Source: Ylistrum balloti (taxonomy: Eukaryota). From it: a stretch of 64,000 bases of DNA. The stretch is from assembly GCF_031769215.1 (NCBI RefSeq), contig NW_026781965.1:2294001-2358000 (forward strand). The letters are read 5' to 3'. The notes beneath the pieces are model-generated. The model ran no database searches, was not told the DNA's origin, and saw nothing but the letters and a program-made list of their open reading frames with translations. Position numbers and translations under genes: made by a program. Shown here one piece after another: positions 41,201 to 56,200 of this stretch. Every line of letters begins with the position of its first letter. Within the stretch, counting starts at the first letter, position 1.

Positions 41201-44200
41201 ATATATAGTGTATATAAGTAGTTTGAAAAAAATGAGCATTTAATGTTCATCAAATGAAAGTTATTATTTCCTTATAACTGAGAGAATCCCATTTACATTT
41301 AGAATTGCGACAAGTATTAAAGCTTTTATGTTTCATTTGATTTTAAAGTATAATATGTTCTTTATGCAACTGTTTGTCAGTTGTTTTCTTATTAAAATAA
41401 GTTTTGTTTTAGTCAAATATTGACGACATCACCTATAAACCTTTTTATTTCGTTTCTTCTTTTAGCCGATTCGTCTGAACTGATAAGTTTCAAAGAGGGC
41501 ATTTTCAACACAGTTGCGACTTCAAACCCTATGCGTATCTCGTTGACAACGACCTTGACTAACGGAAACACATCATCAATGTCCCTAGACATCATAGTAA
41601 ATAAACCCCCTGCTAATGGAACTTGTACTGTTAGTCCTGGAACAGGCCAGGTGACTACCACTATGTTCACGTTAACATGCCAAGATTGGGTAGACGTTGA
41701 TGGTATCGCACGGTATGCTTTCTACGGTATGTATGTCATAATACCTATAAATATTTCTTTCTAACCTCTCTTTATGCCAGAATCTATAAAAAGATCCTCG
41801 TATATTACCGACATGGGCATCACATGATTGCCTTGCGCTTGCAGTGCATATACCGATGTAATATTTTTGCAAATTACACATTTGTTATATGGCTTTATGT
41901 GACGTCACTTGATAAAATGACGTCAGAAATTCAGAGGTTGCAACTATGGACACCATATAGATACAGAGTTGATATGACTTCGAGTTTGTAGAAATTCCCA
42001 TTTACCACAAATCTGCATGATCATGTGTTAAATGGATATTGAATTCTTTTCCATATAAGCAGAAATTTATGAAACCTAACATTAACTTTCATTTTGACTC
42101 GCATTTAGATAAAAAAAAACTCATAGACTATATAGTTATATATGTTTATATACCTATGTATATATACATATTTCTTAAATATTTGATAAATAAATGTTCA
42201 TGATTTTAGTGCGTTCGCTAGTTCAGAAGATATCAAAAGCTATTTGTGTATACAGTGAACCATATTAGTAGAACACACAAGACAACAATACAGGAGACTG
42301 TTTGTTATCTGAATAGAAGATACATAGTGTTGAATATAAGCATTCTGATGTGGTCTGTTGTCCTGGATATGTAAAATAGAACTTAGGAGTGAAACATAAA
42401 AATATTACCAAATACCACATTATATTATTGTTTCATTATTCATTTGGAAGTGAAGAACTATATATCTTGAATTTCTCTGGTTTTTTGTAATCTTATGACA
42501 GTGAAGACAAGTGGAAGTCAAAAAGAGGTAATGCTCGGATATGGGTCGGAGCCCGAGTATAGTTGTAACTTCCCTCTGGGTCCCTCGTATGATAATTATA
42601 ATCTACATACCTGGGTCCGCATCACCGACACAAAGGGAGCGTCTGCTGAGGTGTACATTGGAGTTGTCACAGTAAGTTAAACATCCTGTCTAGTATATCC
42701 CTCTTCATTATCTTAAAAGTGTCATTCAAGTGAAAGCTGGTTTATGAAGACCGCTGAATAAAGACCAAGACCTCCGTTTGGAACTATGGCTTTTTGTCTC
42801 ATGGCGTGTGTGTGTGTGTGTGTGTGTGTGTGTAGGTGTGTGTGTGTGGGGGGGGAGGGTGCGTTCTATTGCATAACATAATTTTTACAACGACCAATTT
42901 TACTTTTTGAAGCCGCTGAGTTAATTCTTGTACATTTTTTGTTAATCTGTTGCTTTTCATCGTCTGTATCGTCTGGTTTTAAGCAATTCATGGAAACCTA
43001 TTTCTTAAAATAATTAATGAATTGTATGCCCTTTAAGTAATATTATATGAGCTATGTACAATAAGCATTGAGCAACAGAAGGCATTGTCATCTCTATATT
43101 TCAGGTAAATCCTCTGAGCGCCGATGATTTAGAGGCGAGATTGATCGCACTCAACTCCGGCGATAACGACGAGATTGATCAGGTGTATGCTAGACAAGAC
43201 GTGAATGAAGTGTGTTCTATGGTATCTGAATTGGGCAGTTTGGTCAGCCAGCAGAGTAAGGCGACGTTAGCAGGTGCATGATTACTTAGTTTGCATTTAA
43301 ATAGAATAACCCAATCCTTTTATTTGGAGTGTATTTCAGAAAACATTCGAAATTGACTAATATGATCGACGAATATTTTTTTATATTATAAGTAGCAACC
43401 TTGTAAACAGAGCAAAGGTAAGCAACATGGTTGAACTCTCATTACCCACTAGGTAGTTAACAAACCTTCAGCATGGACTAGTTTGAAGCATGATATTAAA
43501 CCCATAACACTTAGCATGCTAATTCCATCCCCGGAAATGTTTACATGATATACATATATATTTTTTATCCTATGTTTATCAATAAGGCATATTTCTCTCC
43601 ACTCGTCACACGTCACGGACAACGATGAGCAAACAGTAGATGTTATATCATCTATGAATGAAATGATGCATGCATATCTTATATAATATTTACCTATACA
43701 TCGGCATGTCAAGTGGATTCTTCACCAAGAATTTAAACAATGTTATTTAGTTTAATATGTATTTAATCGAATGCAGTAGTGTGTGAATCACCTATCCATT
43801 ACCCAATCAAGCACGATTTGGTTTAAGCATGTATTTATTAATGAAAGTGTTATAGATGTGGCTTTACCAATCAAATCAATTACTGGTGAATTTTACAGTT
43901 TCAATTATCTTTGCCGTGTTGAATCATTCAATCATCTCCAAACTAAGCTATGGTTTGCTTAATTACTTGAGAATAATATTATTGTAGAATTTGGAGAGAA
44001 CTATCCTGCTGCGTTCGGCACACCAAACTACAATGACCCGGGAAATGAAAATCCACAAAAGCTGGACCCAAATGTACGTGGCATATTTGATATTAATAAC
44101 GGAAAGTGTTTAATTTGTGTTAACGGATATAATGATTAGATAATGAAGTAGGAATGTAAATATGTTGAATATTTTGTTCATTCAAATCAAAAAGTAAGGA

Positions 44201-47200
44201 TTTTCTCCCAGTGAATGTTTCATAATTAACGCCCTGTCCGATCATACTTTTAAGTTTGATAATTTCTTCATTGATAGAATCCAATCAACGAGACGATCCA
44301 AGCAGAAGCGGACAGGAAACGGAATGAAGGAGCTAAGGTATAACTATAATTATTGAGATGTCATTTAAAGTGATATAAGGCAAACTGACTACTTATGCTG
44401 GGATGGCATATTAGAGACACAGTTAACTTCATGATTCAATAGTTACAATAGTCTGACAGAGTACATACACAGTCAAAGTTATAATAGTCCGACAGACTAC
44501 AGACATAGTTTAAGTTATAATAGGCTGACAGACTACAGACATAGTTTAAGTTATAATAGTCCGACATCGACATAGACATAGCTGAACTTATACTATGCTG
44601 ACATTCTACAAGCACAGAGAAAGGTATAATAAGGTGACATGCTTCAAACACAGTTTACTTTATAACAGGTAGAATATCTACAAGCAGATTTACGGTTATA
44701 ACAGGCTGACAGACAACATACATAGTTAAAGTTATAATAGTCTGACAGACTACAGACATAGTTAAAGTTATAATAGGCTGACAGACTACAGACATAGTTA
44801 AAGTTATAATAGGCTGACAGACTACAGACACAGTTAAAGTTATAACAGGCTGACAGACTACAGACACAGTTTAAGTTATAATAGTCTGACAGACTACAGA
44901 CATAGTTAAAGTTATAATAGGCTGACAGACTACAGACATAGTTAAAGTTATAATAGTCTGACAGACTACAGACATAGTTAAAGTTATAATAGGCTGACAG
45001 ACTACAGACATAGTTAAGGTTATAACAGGCTGACAGACAACATACACAGTTAAAGTTATAATAGTCTGACAGACTACAGACATATAGTCTGACAGACTAC
45101 AGACATAGTTAAAGTTATAATAGGCTAAAAGACTACAGACACAGTTAAAGTTATAACAGTCTGACAGACTACAGACACAGTTTAAGTTATAATAGTCTGA
45201 CAGTGTACATACACAGTTTAAGTTCTAATAGGCTGACAGCCTTCAGACACAGTCAAGGTTATAAGAGACTGACACACTAAAAATACAGTTAAAATTAAAA
45301 TATACACGGACTACCGACACTAACTACAGGCACTACCTAAGGTGGAATATGTCGACAGACAAACAGACACTCATAAATGGATAATAGGATACGAAACGTG
45401 AGAAACGTATATTGTATTTACGACCAGAAATGGTGATTAAAAGAAATGACGTAATCCTCTATTAGAGGGGTTTACCTTGACATATTCCTACGGAGAAAAA
45501 AACATGGACAGCTTTCCAAAATCTGAAAAATAGTCCTGATAATTTTGGTTTACCTTTGTGATATTATCCGTATATCCCCAACCTAGGGTGTTGACATATC
45601 ACAGTTGATTCGATATTTGAAGAATCGTTCCCAATATCAAATATTTAATTTTCTCATAAAATTAGATTCCCGATAGTATATCTTGTAGTTTCACTGTTGT
45701 AAACCCGGTGTTATTGGGAATAGAATGTCACATTTCAAATGAGAAGTTAGACGTGTTTGATACTCGTCAGTATCACTGATTGTTTCACGGTTGTTACGTT
45801 GTTTTCGTTTAGAAAAAACAACCAGGTATACTGGTATTTCGAGAAAGATTATTTATCACCGAGATCATAGTGACGACGTTTGAATATCCTCATAGTCATC
45901 ATTAATATACATCTTTCGACACATGAAACTAAGAGATAATGTTCCTCGTTCAGTGTACAAATAGTCTGTTTTGATAAATTCCATTATCTCAAATATCTCG
46001 ATATTTTCATAATCTTGACTGACCTAGTAACACCTATCTTTGTCTATTCTCTCGGAGAAGAGGTCACAGTTCAACAGCAATGCCATAAACAGATACCCTT
46101 ATATCGATGTTTTATAAGTGAGAAAACATTGGTGTTATGACCTTTTTCAATTTAAAAAAAATATATCAAATACCGGAAGACTTTGTCTTTGTAATATTTT
46201 ATCATACTTATGCTTCAGAAAAGACCTTAAGAAAAGTACAGCACGTAGTGTCATTAATCAATTAATATCATTACGATCAAGATATTAGACCGAGATATAT
46301 GATGAATGATATATATAAAAAAAATGCATCATATTTATATTTTAGATAAGTTCTAAATAAAGTGTATCACGTTCAATATCACATCCTATTGAGTTTATTA
46401 AGTAATATATCTAGAATTAAACATTTTGAAACTTTTATGAAAGAATATGTCTATGCAATGAAGCCGCAGATAATATTTATTTGTTGCAGATTATTACTCA
46501 AGCTGTCAATAACTTGAAAGATCTACCTCTCCGTTCAACGGAGTCAATCCTGTTGGCATCGTCTGTAGCTGTTTCTATTGCCGAGGAAACACCAGAGTGT
46601 TTACCCAGAGAATCACAGGTTTGATTGAAGCATTTATGTAGACAATGTCAAATAAGCTTCATGAGTACATACGACACATAGTAAGATGCGTTGCTCTTAT
46701 CTATAAGACTGCAGCTACACAGAACAGTACAAATATATCCTTGCCGAGGATCTGGTCTCTTCTTCATTACAGTATACAGTGAATGAATAGAAGATGCTAG
46801 TATAAAAACTTGTATAAAAGTTTTTATCAAAAGTAAAATATTGAACTATTACAACTTATATTGATTTGCTGGAGATATGGGGGATGGGGGGGGGAGTTTA
46901 TCACATTTGTCATTGATATATTTCTCATTGATTGTAACAAACATGTTCTGTTAGATTGGGTTAGCAGATTTCGCAGTGAAGGCGGTAGACACCTTGCAGA
47001 ATTTAATCGATCAAGATGTTCCCGTTACCATTGAAGAACGGAAAGACATAGCTGGCGTTGTTGTTGGCATTTTGTTTGCGACTAGAGCGGTAAGTCAAAG
47101 CAAATAAAGAGAAGCAACTGCTGATGGTAGTGTTGACCTCGCGATTGTTTTCAATGACGTTGACGTCGACGTTGGTGAAAGTGGTAACGTCGGTGTTGTC

Positions 47201-50200
47201 TGCAGTGTGATTGACATTGTTGTGACATCATAGGTTACGATGAAAACTTTAACGTGTAAAGACAATTTTGTGGCATTAAAGGTTAACGATGAAAACTTTA
47301 ACGTGTAAAGACAATTTTGTGGCATTAAAGGTTAACGATGAAAACTTTAACGTGTAATGACAATGTCGTGGCATTAAAGGTTAACGATGAAAACTTTAAC
47401 GTGTAATGACAATGTTGTGGCATTAAAGGTTAACGATGAAAACTTTAACATGTAATGACAATGTTGTGGCATAACAGGTTGCGATAAAAATTAAACGTGT
47501 ATTGACAATGTTGTGGCATCATATGTTAACAATGGAAGCCTTAACGTGTAACTAAGTAGAGTACTAATTGCACAATACTAGAAGTTAACAACTGGTGGCT
47601 TTTTAAACTATACAGTGCAAATGACAACATTGTCCAGTTAAATGATATATCAGTTGCATTAATTAAAGATGAATGAGTATATGAACCGTTTTTTTTCCAA
47701 CAAGGCTTCTACCATCAATTACGCTCACCCAACTCAGATGGACATCGACAATGTCATTGGAACTGAGGATTATAACACGGATTATGATGCTCCTAGTAAA
47801 CGTAAGTAATTTAGACAGAAGCTAGCGGAGTCCAACTTTGCTAAACCAGATTGCTTACCATTCAAAATGTTCAACTTTAAAATCATAGGTTATATGTACA
47901 ATGACATGAACATTTCTGAACAGTAACAGTCCGCAGGAACAGTTTAGGTAATGACAAAACCAACTTCAGTTCATGTGAATAAATGGAATCTAAAAAGATC
48001 ACTTTTTACAATTTTTTTCAATCAAATCATTGACGCAAAAAGCTATTAGTTACCATAAATACTTACCTGTTGTTGACATCGGCACCCACAACAAAGTCCA
48101 GTGCATTACACAATAGACGATGTTCTAAGTCTTGCACTAATTCAATTTATCTTCATACATTCGCTACCAAAACTGATAGTACCTATCACATTGATATAAA
48201 ACACTTGTGGTGCCATCATATTGATGCCGTGAACTCTTTTTTTTATTTAATTGCATTCGTAATATATTATCCACATTTAAGCTTATTTTTAGAGCATACC
48301 AGAACGAATTCTTCTACTAGAGGTACTTCTTTGTCATATGCATATATAAAACCTGTGAACATTCTGCAATATATTAATTGTATTGAATCAAATATTTTTC
48401 AGCAATGCCAGCTGATATCGATGATCCTGAGGAGGCCTTTGCTAAACTACTATTTTTCACAAATGAGGATAGACAAAGTGGAGTGGTATGTTGCAATCGC
48501 TTTCATCAACTTATGAAAAAACTTATGACAACATAACATAATCACACAAACAAATAGGGTATGAGACCTCTATAAAACTTCCCCATAATTTTCATCAATC
48601 TGAATCACTTGAACCCCTGCGTTACGGCAATGGCATATGAAAAGAAATATAAAAAATAGATATTGGAACTGTTTAAATTATCTATATCACGTGACTCCCT
48701 CGAGAATTTCTTTGGAAACATGACGTATTTAATTTAATTCTTTTTTTGTTTAATGAGGATTGTGAACAGCGTAACGGGTACGAGTCACTTTCCTCACATT
48801 TATCATATAAAATGTACAACGTAATACATTTGTAGACAAGGACATACATCAAACAATAAACAATATAATGATAATAGTAATAACAGACACAATACTGTTA
48901 CACTCACGTATACATACATATACTCAATCGCATACACACTGTCAAACATTAGCACTCAACCTCATTTGCACTTGCTCACACATCTCAAGTATTCATATAC
49001 ATATGTGACAATAGGAGAAATAATTAGATGAAAGGGTCACGTGAGAGAGGGAGAGAATGAGGGGAAGGGGGTGCAACCAATAGATTCATTGGAATCTAAT
49101 AGTTGCTTTAATGAGCTCGAAGACAGATTCGAAGATTTTAGTACTTGTTTTCTATCAAGAGTGTCGGACCCATAAAGAAGGAAAGAGCGTTGGTATGATA
49201 TCAGGTGTAGAACGGTTAGTAGATTGATATTTGGTGAAATATACATATTTGAACTACGGCTTAGAACTGTGCTGTCCATTAACCTGGAGAAGTGATCTTC
49301 TTTAGGTCTCCTTGTTTGAAAAAAACACATACATACATACATACATATATATATATTGGACATTGTAACACAGTTAACGAAGCAAGACAATTTGTTTTAC
49401 CCGTGCCTTGTCCTCGAACTCATATACTAAGGCATCAAAATAGCTAGCCAAAGAAATTGCATACTGCCTAACCACCATGGTATCCCAAAAAGGGATGTTT
49501 AATGACAGACAGCAGGAATGTTCTTGACATTATCAGTTTGGCAAAATGTCTCATTACGTGATATGAACACCTGGATCGCAATGTTAATGCATGCATGAAT
49601 ACGAATTTTACATAAAATTAATGAATGCAGACAATCAAGCGGTCCAGGAAGGATCTTTGTTGCTATAGATTTGAGTTGAAATTACGGTTTCTCTTTTTTA
49701 TCCTTTAGGCATCACTACTCGAAAGTAAAACAAGTGACACTGAAAAGAAGATAGATACTCTGATGTTTGATGGACTTAATCCGAAAGATGACCCGATCGT
49801 TTTTGAATCAAGTACCTATGCGGTCAGTTACGAGAAAAACAGTTTGGAAAATCTTTCTGGAAAAAAAATATCTCTTGGAGGTGCAGAATTCGTGCCTCCA
49901 GACTACAGTAGAATATTTCCTAATATGCCGAGCTCGACAGCACTTTCTGTAAAGGTAAGCTCTCCTTATTAATGTTTGAATTAGCTTTCATCAAAACCAG
50001 TATTTTCAAATGTGTATACACTGTGTATTTGAACGGCTTTTTGTGTCTTTTGTATCCAACCTTTACAACTAACAAACAAATTACAGATAGCGAAAGAAAA
50101 GATCTTTTTAATTTGAATTGTATCTCTCCCCTTATATAATCACAAACTCAATGTAACCGCATTACGTTACGTCGTTTGTTCCAGGCTTCATCGTCCGTAT

Positions 50201-53200
50201 TTAAGGTACCAGGTTTAATTGCTGGATCGGAGCCACAAAACCATGAAATCGGCACGATTTCCATTAGTTTATACGACGATAATAACCAGGAACTTAGCGT
50301 TACAAACGTCAAGGACCGGTTTGAAATATTTATACCAAGAGATCCGTCCGCGTACAACCCGCCAGCAGTCAATCAAACGCCATTCATCCAGCCCGGCAAC
50401 GACTTCGCTTTTTTCTTCATCACGGTCTCAAAGGAACGTGCTGCAGTGCAAGCCGTTTTTGACTTTACGGAATCTGAACAACTTCTTGTAGTGGTCCGAG
50501 CCGGTGGATTTCCAAACATCACAACAGGAGAAGTGGATCACGTCTGTTTAGTTCCTCAAACATGTAAATATTGACATTTGTTACACTAACACGGTATGAC
50601 AGTAACACGAAAACAATATTAAATTCTGATTTGTTGTCTTAATTTATCTTCAAAATCAATGAAATGACAACAAAATATGACGAAAACCAATTTAGTCAAG
50701 AGACAGTAAAAAAAAAGAGCCAAAAACCAGGTGTTCATGAAGAGTTAACAAATCTTGAATCACCTTCTATATTAATCTTGGTCAACTAAAGTTAGCAATA
50801 TCATATCCTCTTATGTAAATCAGGTTTACAACATCGAGGTCACCAGGTGTACTAATAAGTTACATTTTATGGTAACTTCTATTTGCAGATGGACAAACAG
50901 ATGAGACATCAATGACGTGTTCAATCACCACTGACATGCTAGGAGGGTTTAAAGGAAAGCTATATTTTGGAGTTCGCCAATTATTACCGGCGGAACGTGA
51001 TAAATACCGCTTCAAGGCAGACATTCCGAAGGATTTCTCTAACGTGGCTTCAAACTTTACTTTTAATTACACCTTATCAGTCAGTCAGTCCAACTGTTTG
51101 TATGTTAACACCACAACTAACAGATGGGAAACAAATGGCTGTTCAGTAAGTGATAGAAACCGGAAAATAGATACAGTTTTTGACTTATTGAAGACAAATA
51201 AGTAGCCTCCGGCATGCTGTTGTGTAAATGACGATGCAGCTAGTGGATTTGAACCTCTAAACAATACAACTATTAAAAATTGCTGAAGATAATGTTTTTA
51301 AATCTAAAGTGCATATGAAATAAATTAGTGAAAAATTGAGTTGTATTTTCGTTTAAAATTATAACTGTGAAATGTATTATCTTCCCCTTAATTTCAATAA
51401 AAATCATTAATTCCCAGCAAGTTTAATCATTCAAGGGTTTCTTGTTCAATTCAAAACTCGTGTCATATTGTTCATTCTGTTTGTTTTTTTGTTTTTTTTC
51501 TAGGCTACTGAGAAAACGAATAAGAGGGGGGTCAATTGCTTGTGTTCTCATCTGACAACGTTCACGGGAGACTGGGCAGTAGCTCCAAACACTATAGACT
51601 GGAACTTTGTCTTCTCTAACATGGACTTCTTCAAGAATCCTACCCTGTATATAACAGAAATGGTCATAGCCGCCGTGTATATAGTGGCTGTGATCTGGGC
51701 CAGAAGACAGGACAAAAAGGATGTTGAGAAGGTAACCATAAAATGTATACCGTTTATAACATTTTTATTCATTTTACTTCAACTCAAATCAGGTTAACTG
51801 ATACATGAAACATGTAATATTTGTCATAGCCTACAACAAATGGATACGACAAATCTATTTCGCTTGATAAATGTGGTTTTCTTTGTTTTTATGTGTTATA
51901 CGAGATGTTTTTAATTACTTGATCGGATGTTATATGTATAAAGATTAAATTAAGTGGACAGAAAAAGCATACCAACTTAAGTGGCAGTTTAGCGTGAATT
52001 TCCTGATTGTACATAGTAGATATCATCTCATGAACACAACTGAAACTTCCGTTTAAAACATTCAATTCTTAAATGTCAAACTCGTATACAAAATATCATG
52101 ATAATATCAAATATGTTCAGTTATTACATCATGTAGGGCATATTCTTTAATTGTCAGTAGACTTTATCTGATCATCTACAGAATGTAGTGGTAAACTGTT
52201 AGCTAAGGAAGAAACAGTATTTGATGGAATTTCCATATCCACACTGATTTGGTGTAAACACAATAAAGTAAATCTATTTATACCTTGATACCGACTGAGA
52301 AGTTGCTGCTTTATAGAATCAATATGTATTTATTTATTACAATCAATCAACCTTTCTGCTTCTGGATACATTAATATATATACATATATATATGTATGTA
52401 TGATCAATGAATAATAATATCAGTTGGCGAATCTGGAGCCTATTCGACCATATTCAAAATATTTTTTGTATGTATATATTTTTGGTGCATATAACTGGTG
52501 ATTTTTATCATTTTTATTGTGACTATATGTACATTCATTAGAAAATTTTACAATAGAAAATATCAAAATAATTCTTTCATTAAAATCAAACGATTCCGTA
52601 CCTAGAGTGGGACCAAGATTTACCGGTTAACTCGTTTCCTTGGTACACGGATTTTACTTCTTTGCGGCCACAGATATGCTCAGCGGCTACAATGCACAAC
52701 GTACCGATATTTATATAATACGTTTTTTATTACACCCAATAACTTAAGATGACTTTTTGTTACTTATATAGAGCCTTCGACGTCCATCGGACGAAGGATT
52801 TACCGTGACACCTAGATTCACTCTACCGCTCTCGATTTAACTTGATAACTTTGTATTTGTTTTATATCCTATGTATGTAATGTAATTTATGTAATATTTC
52901 TGTCTTGATAAAAGGGCAGATTATCTCGAAAATTTGACAATTCACTTGTCCGTACTATCGTTTTTTCTTCATCGATCATATGTCAATTTCAGTAATACCC
53001 ATGTAACGAACAATTGTTTGTTAGGATCCAGTACAAATATTGGACCATACCGTCGATATTGCTTACTAGATTGTATATATGTGTGTATATCTCTACATCA
53101 ATTGACATAACATTGGTTGCCTGCAAACTACCTGGATCGATTAATAAATGGACAGTAACGATGTATGAACATTATTAAACTTACTGGATTATTCGGCTAG

Positions 53201-56200
53201 TGCACCTCCCCATCTGAATTTTTTACTTTTCTTTTCAATGTTGATTTACCTCTCTCGCTCCTTAAACCTCAAATTTAATCAATTTGTACTGAGGAGATCT
53301 AGGACAAAACAGCTGCAGGTTGCATTTTGGTCTACTTTTTTGCTCTTCAGTATCTAGATTTAAATATGTCATAAAACATGTTATCGTCTGCCTGTACAAT
53401 TACCTAACGAAACGAGGCTACAAAAATAATAGGTATTTTGATAGTACATTGAATGATATAAGGAATACTTATGTATATTTCAGTTGGGACTAACACCTCT
53501 CATTGACAATGACGTGGCCGATAAGTACTACTATGAAATTGTCGTTGTGACTGGCATGCGCAGGAATGCTGGTACCAATTCAAAGGTATATATTTGTATC
53601 TCTGGACTATTTAGGTTTTCGTAGTAAACTATTTGTCATTTTTGGGTTTTGTTCTTTCAACAGATGTCACTCCTTGTAACTGTATTGGCACGTTTATATG
53701 TTTGTTGAATGTTACAGTAAAGTTTTGCCTAAAACTGGTTGTCTCGGTGAATTTCGTTTTTTAATATGTACACTGTATCACTGTAATTAACATACTGTTT
53801 TATGTCGGAAGGTAAACTTCATACTGTCTGGAGATCTTGATGAGACGGAGGTGCGATGTTTGAATGACAGCAAACGTAAAGTATTCCAGCGCGGAAACGT
53901 GGATGGCTTCCTAATGGCTGTGAAACGGTACGAACATTTACAAAAATGTCAACATAATTTCTTTAGCAAAACAGCGTTGTTCCTAAATATACTTATGTCA
54001 CGTTTGTAACAAACGTTTTGTAAAAGAATGCTTTATCACATCTTCACTTGATTTGTTAGTATGTATTACTAGTTGTATTTCATTTCAACGAAATTGTATC
54101 GTACAGAAGCATGTAATTGGATCAGGAAACGACATATAGAGAAAATCTATATAAATTTTCTCCCGATATAAATAGATGAATTTAAATTTTGATAGAATCA
54201 ATGGAAGGATATAAATATGTACATAGGAGGTTGGTCAATTCATTGAGCAGTAATTGGTTAAACGGAGTTAAATTGGTTAATTTCCAATATGTTGCCAATA
54301 GAAAATCCAAAATTATATGTCATTTTTTCATGAAGTTCAAAGTTTAAGTTGATATTGCCTCTCCATGATATATTAATATTACTTAATTCAAAACTGATGA
54401 ACCTATCACAAATGAACTGTAAAACACTATATTGCACTGATTAGGATCAATTACATAAGTACTTTTCAATTAATGATTAAAATACAAAGCCATATTAGTC
54501 AGGTTCTGAAAACGCTAAATGCTCGAAAGAGAACCACAATTAACAGGAGGATGATCAGCGTTATCTGAGTAATAAAATCCACATTATCCAAGAATAATTG
54601 CATGCCTGATTGTAGTTTTTATTATATCCTAGTCTTAACGGTCCTCTTATCTGCTATCATATTTGTTTATTACTTCATATTATTGTCACTAGTTCTTTGT
54701 TCTATCAGTCCTCTTGGCCCTCTAAACTACTTGCATATTTGGCACGACAACTCCGGCAAGGGTAACACAGCGTCATGGTATATGAACACCATGGTGGTAC
54801 GAGACGTACAAACGGATGAAAAGTACATATTTATTAACAATAAGTGGTTTGCTGTGGAGGAAGGCGACGGAATGGTAAGACCCCCTGCTTTTTCAGACTA
54901 CTTGATGGAAAGTCGATGTAATCTCTTATAAAGAAATTTCCTTTTGAAATGTTTTCTCACTAAACAACAGTTACGTTTCACTCGTAAGCTGAAAATATTT
55001 CGTAATGTCCTCTTTTCGAACATATTTGATTATTAGTTTGCAAATGAAATATAACATGTATGAACAAACCGAGATGAATCTATTTAACACCAGTGTCGTA
55101 TTTGCTAATTTCTCATTTAGATTGATCGAATCATCGCCGTAGCCGGGAAGGAACAAATGACAGAGTTCGGGCACCTGTTCACTGAAAAGACTACAAAGAA
55201 TCTCAATGATGGTCATTTGTGGTTTTCGGTGGTAGCTCGACCACCGCAGAGCCGTTTCACGCGTGTCCAGCGTGTATCCTGCTGTCTCTGTCTCCTTTAT
55301 GTTACCATGCTGTCCAATGCCATGTTTTATGAAAACAGTGCTGCTGAATCTGGAAACTCATTTACGTTTGGTCCTTTCAGCCTATCGCCTACTCAAGTAA
55401 GTCACCTTCACTGTTGTCCAGAGTATTTTAAGTTATGTCCATCTTACCATATGATCTACGTTGAAAACGTTTAACTAATGTTTTATTCAATATATACTAA
55501 ACTACATGATTTACCTTATCCTTATTCTCAATATTACAAAACAATGTCCTCCAAAGGATAATTTGCCGCGAAACATTTTATCTACGGTTTAAGTTTACCA
55601 ACATACAACGTTTTGGCATTATATGGCATCTCCGCACATAGTTGCATTCAAGTGGGACTTTATATACAGATGATATGTTTAATGTCTTTTATTCCAGGTC
55701 TATATTGGTGTAGTCTGCAACCTGATCGTGTTTCCAGTTAATTTCCTGCTCGTGTACCTATTCCGACGTTCAAGGCCACGGAGCAAAAGGCCGTCAAGAG
55801 TAGAAGAAGCCATCAAAAATAGTTCGCAAACAACAGCATCAATGACAGATGTCAACCCCAGATTAAAGAGTGCCGCCAACACCTCGGGAGTAAGCTCATC
55901 CATGCTGATAGAGAGTGGGAAACGCCCAGATACGTCCATGACACGTGCTTATACGTCTTTATCTGTCGCTGATGTATCAAATAAAGGCAAGAAAAAGAAG
56001 AAAAAGATGGAGTTTCCTTGGTTCTTTACAATCATTGCTTGGATTATTTTATGGTTAACTGTCCTGGTTTCTGCCGCATTCGTCACTTTCTATGGTGTAA
56101 TGTTCCAAGACGTTAAATGCAAGCAATGGATTACGTCCATGTTGATATCTTTCTTCGCCTCAGTTTTCATCACACAGCCTATCAAGGTAAGCCTAATTGG

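Noticed and set aside
48555-48590. Minus-strand match tatggggaagtt...ggtctcat to the 54-bp satellite monomer
   Set aside because: Only 12 plus 8 nt with a gap; too short to separate from chance without a genome-wide test.
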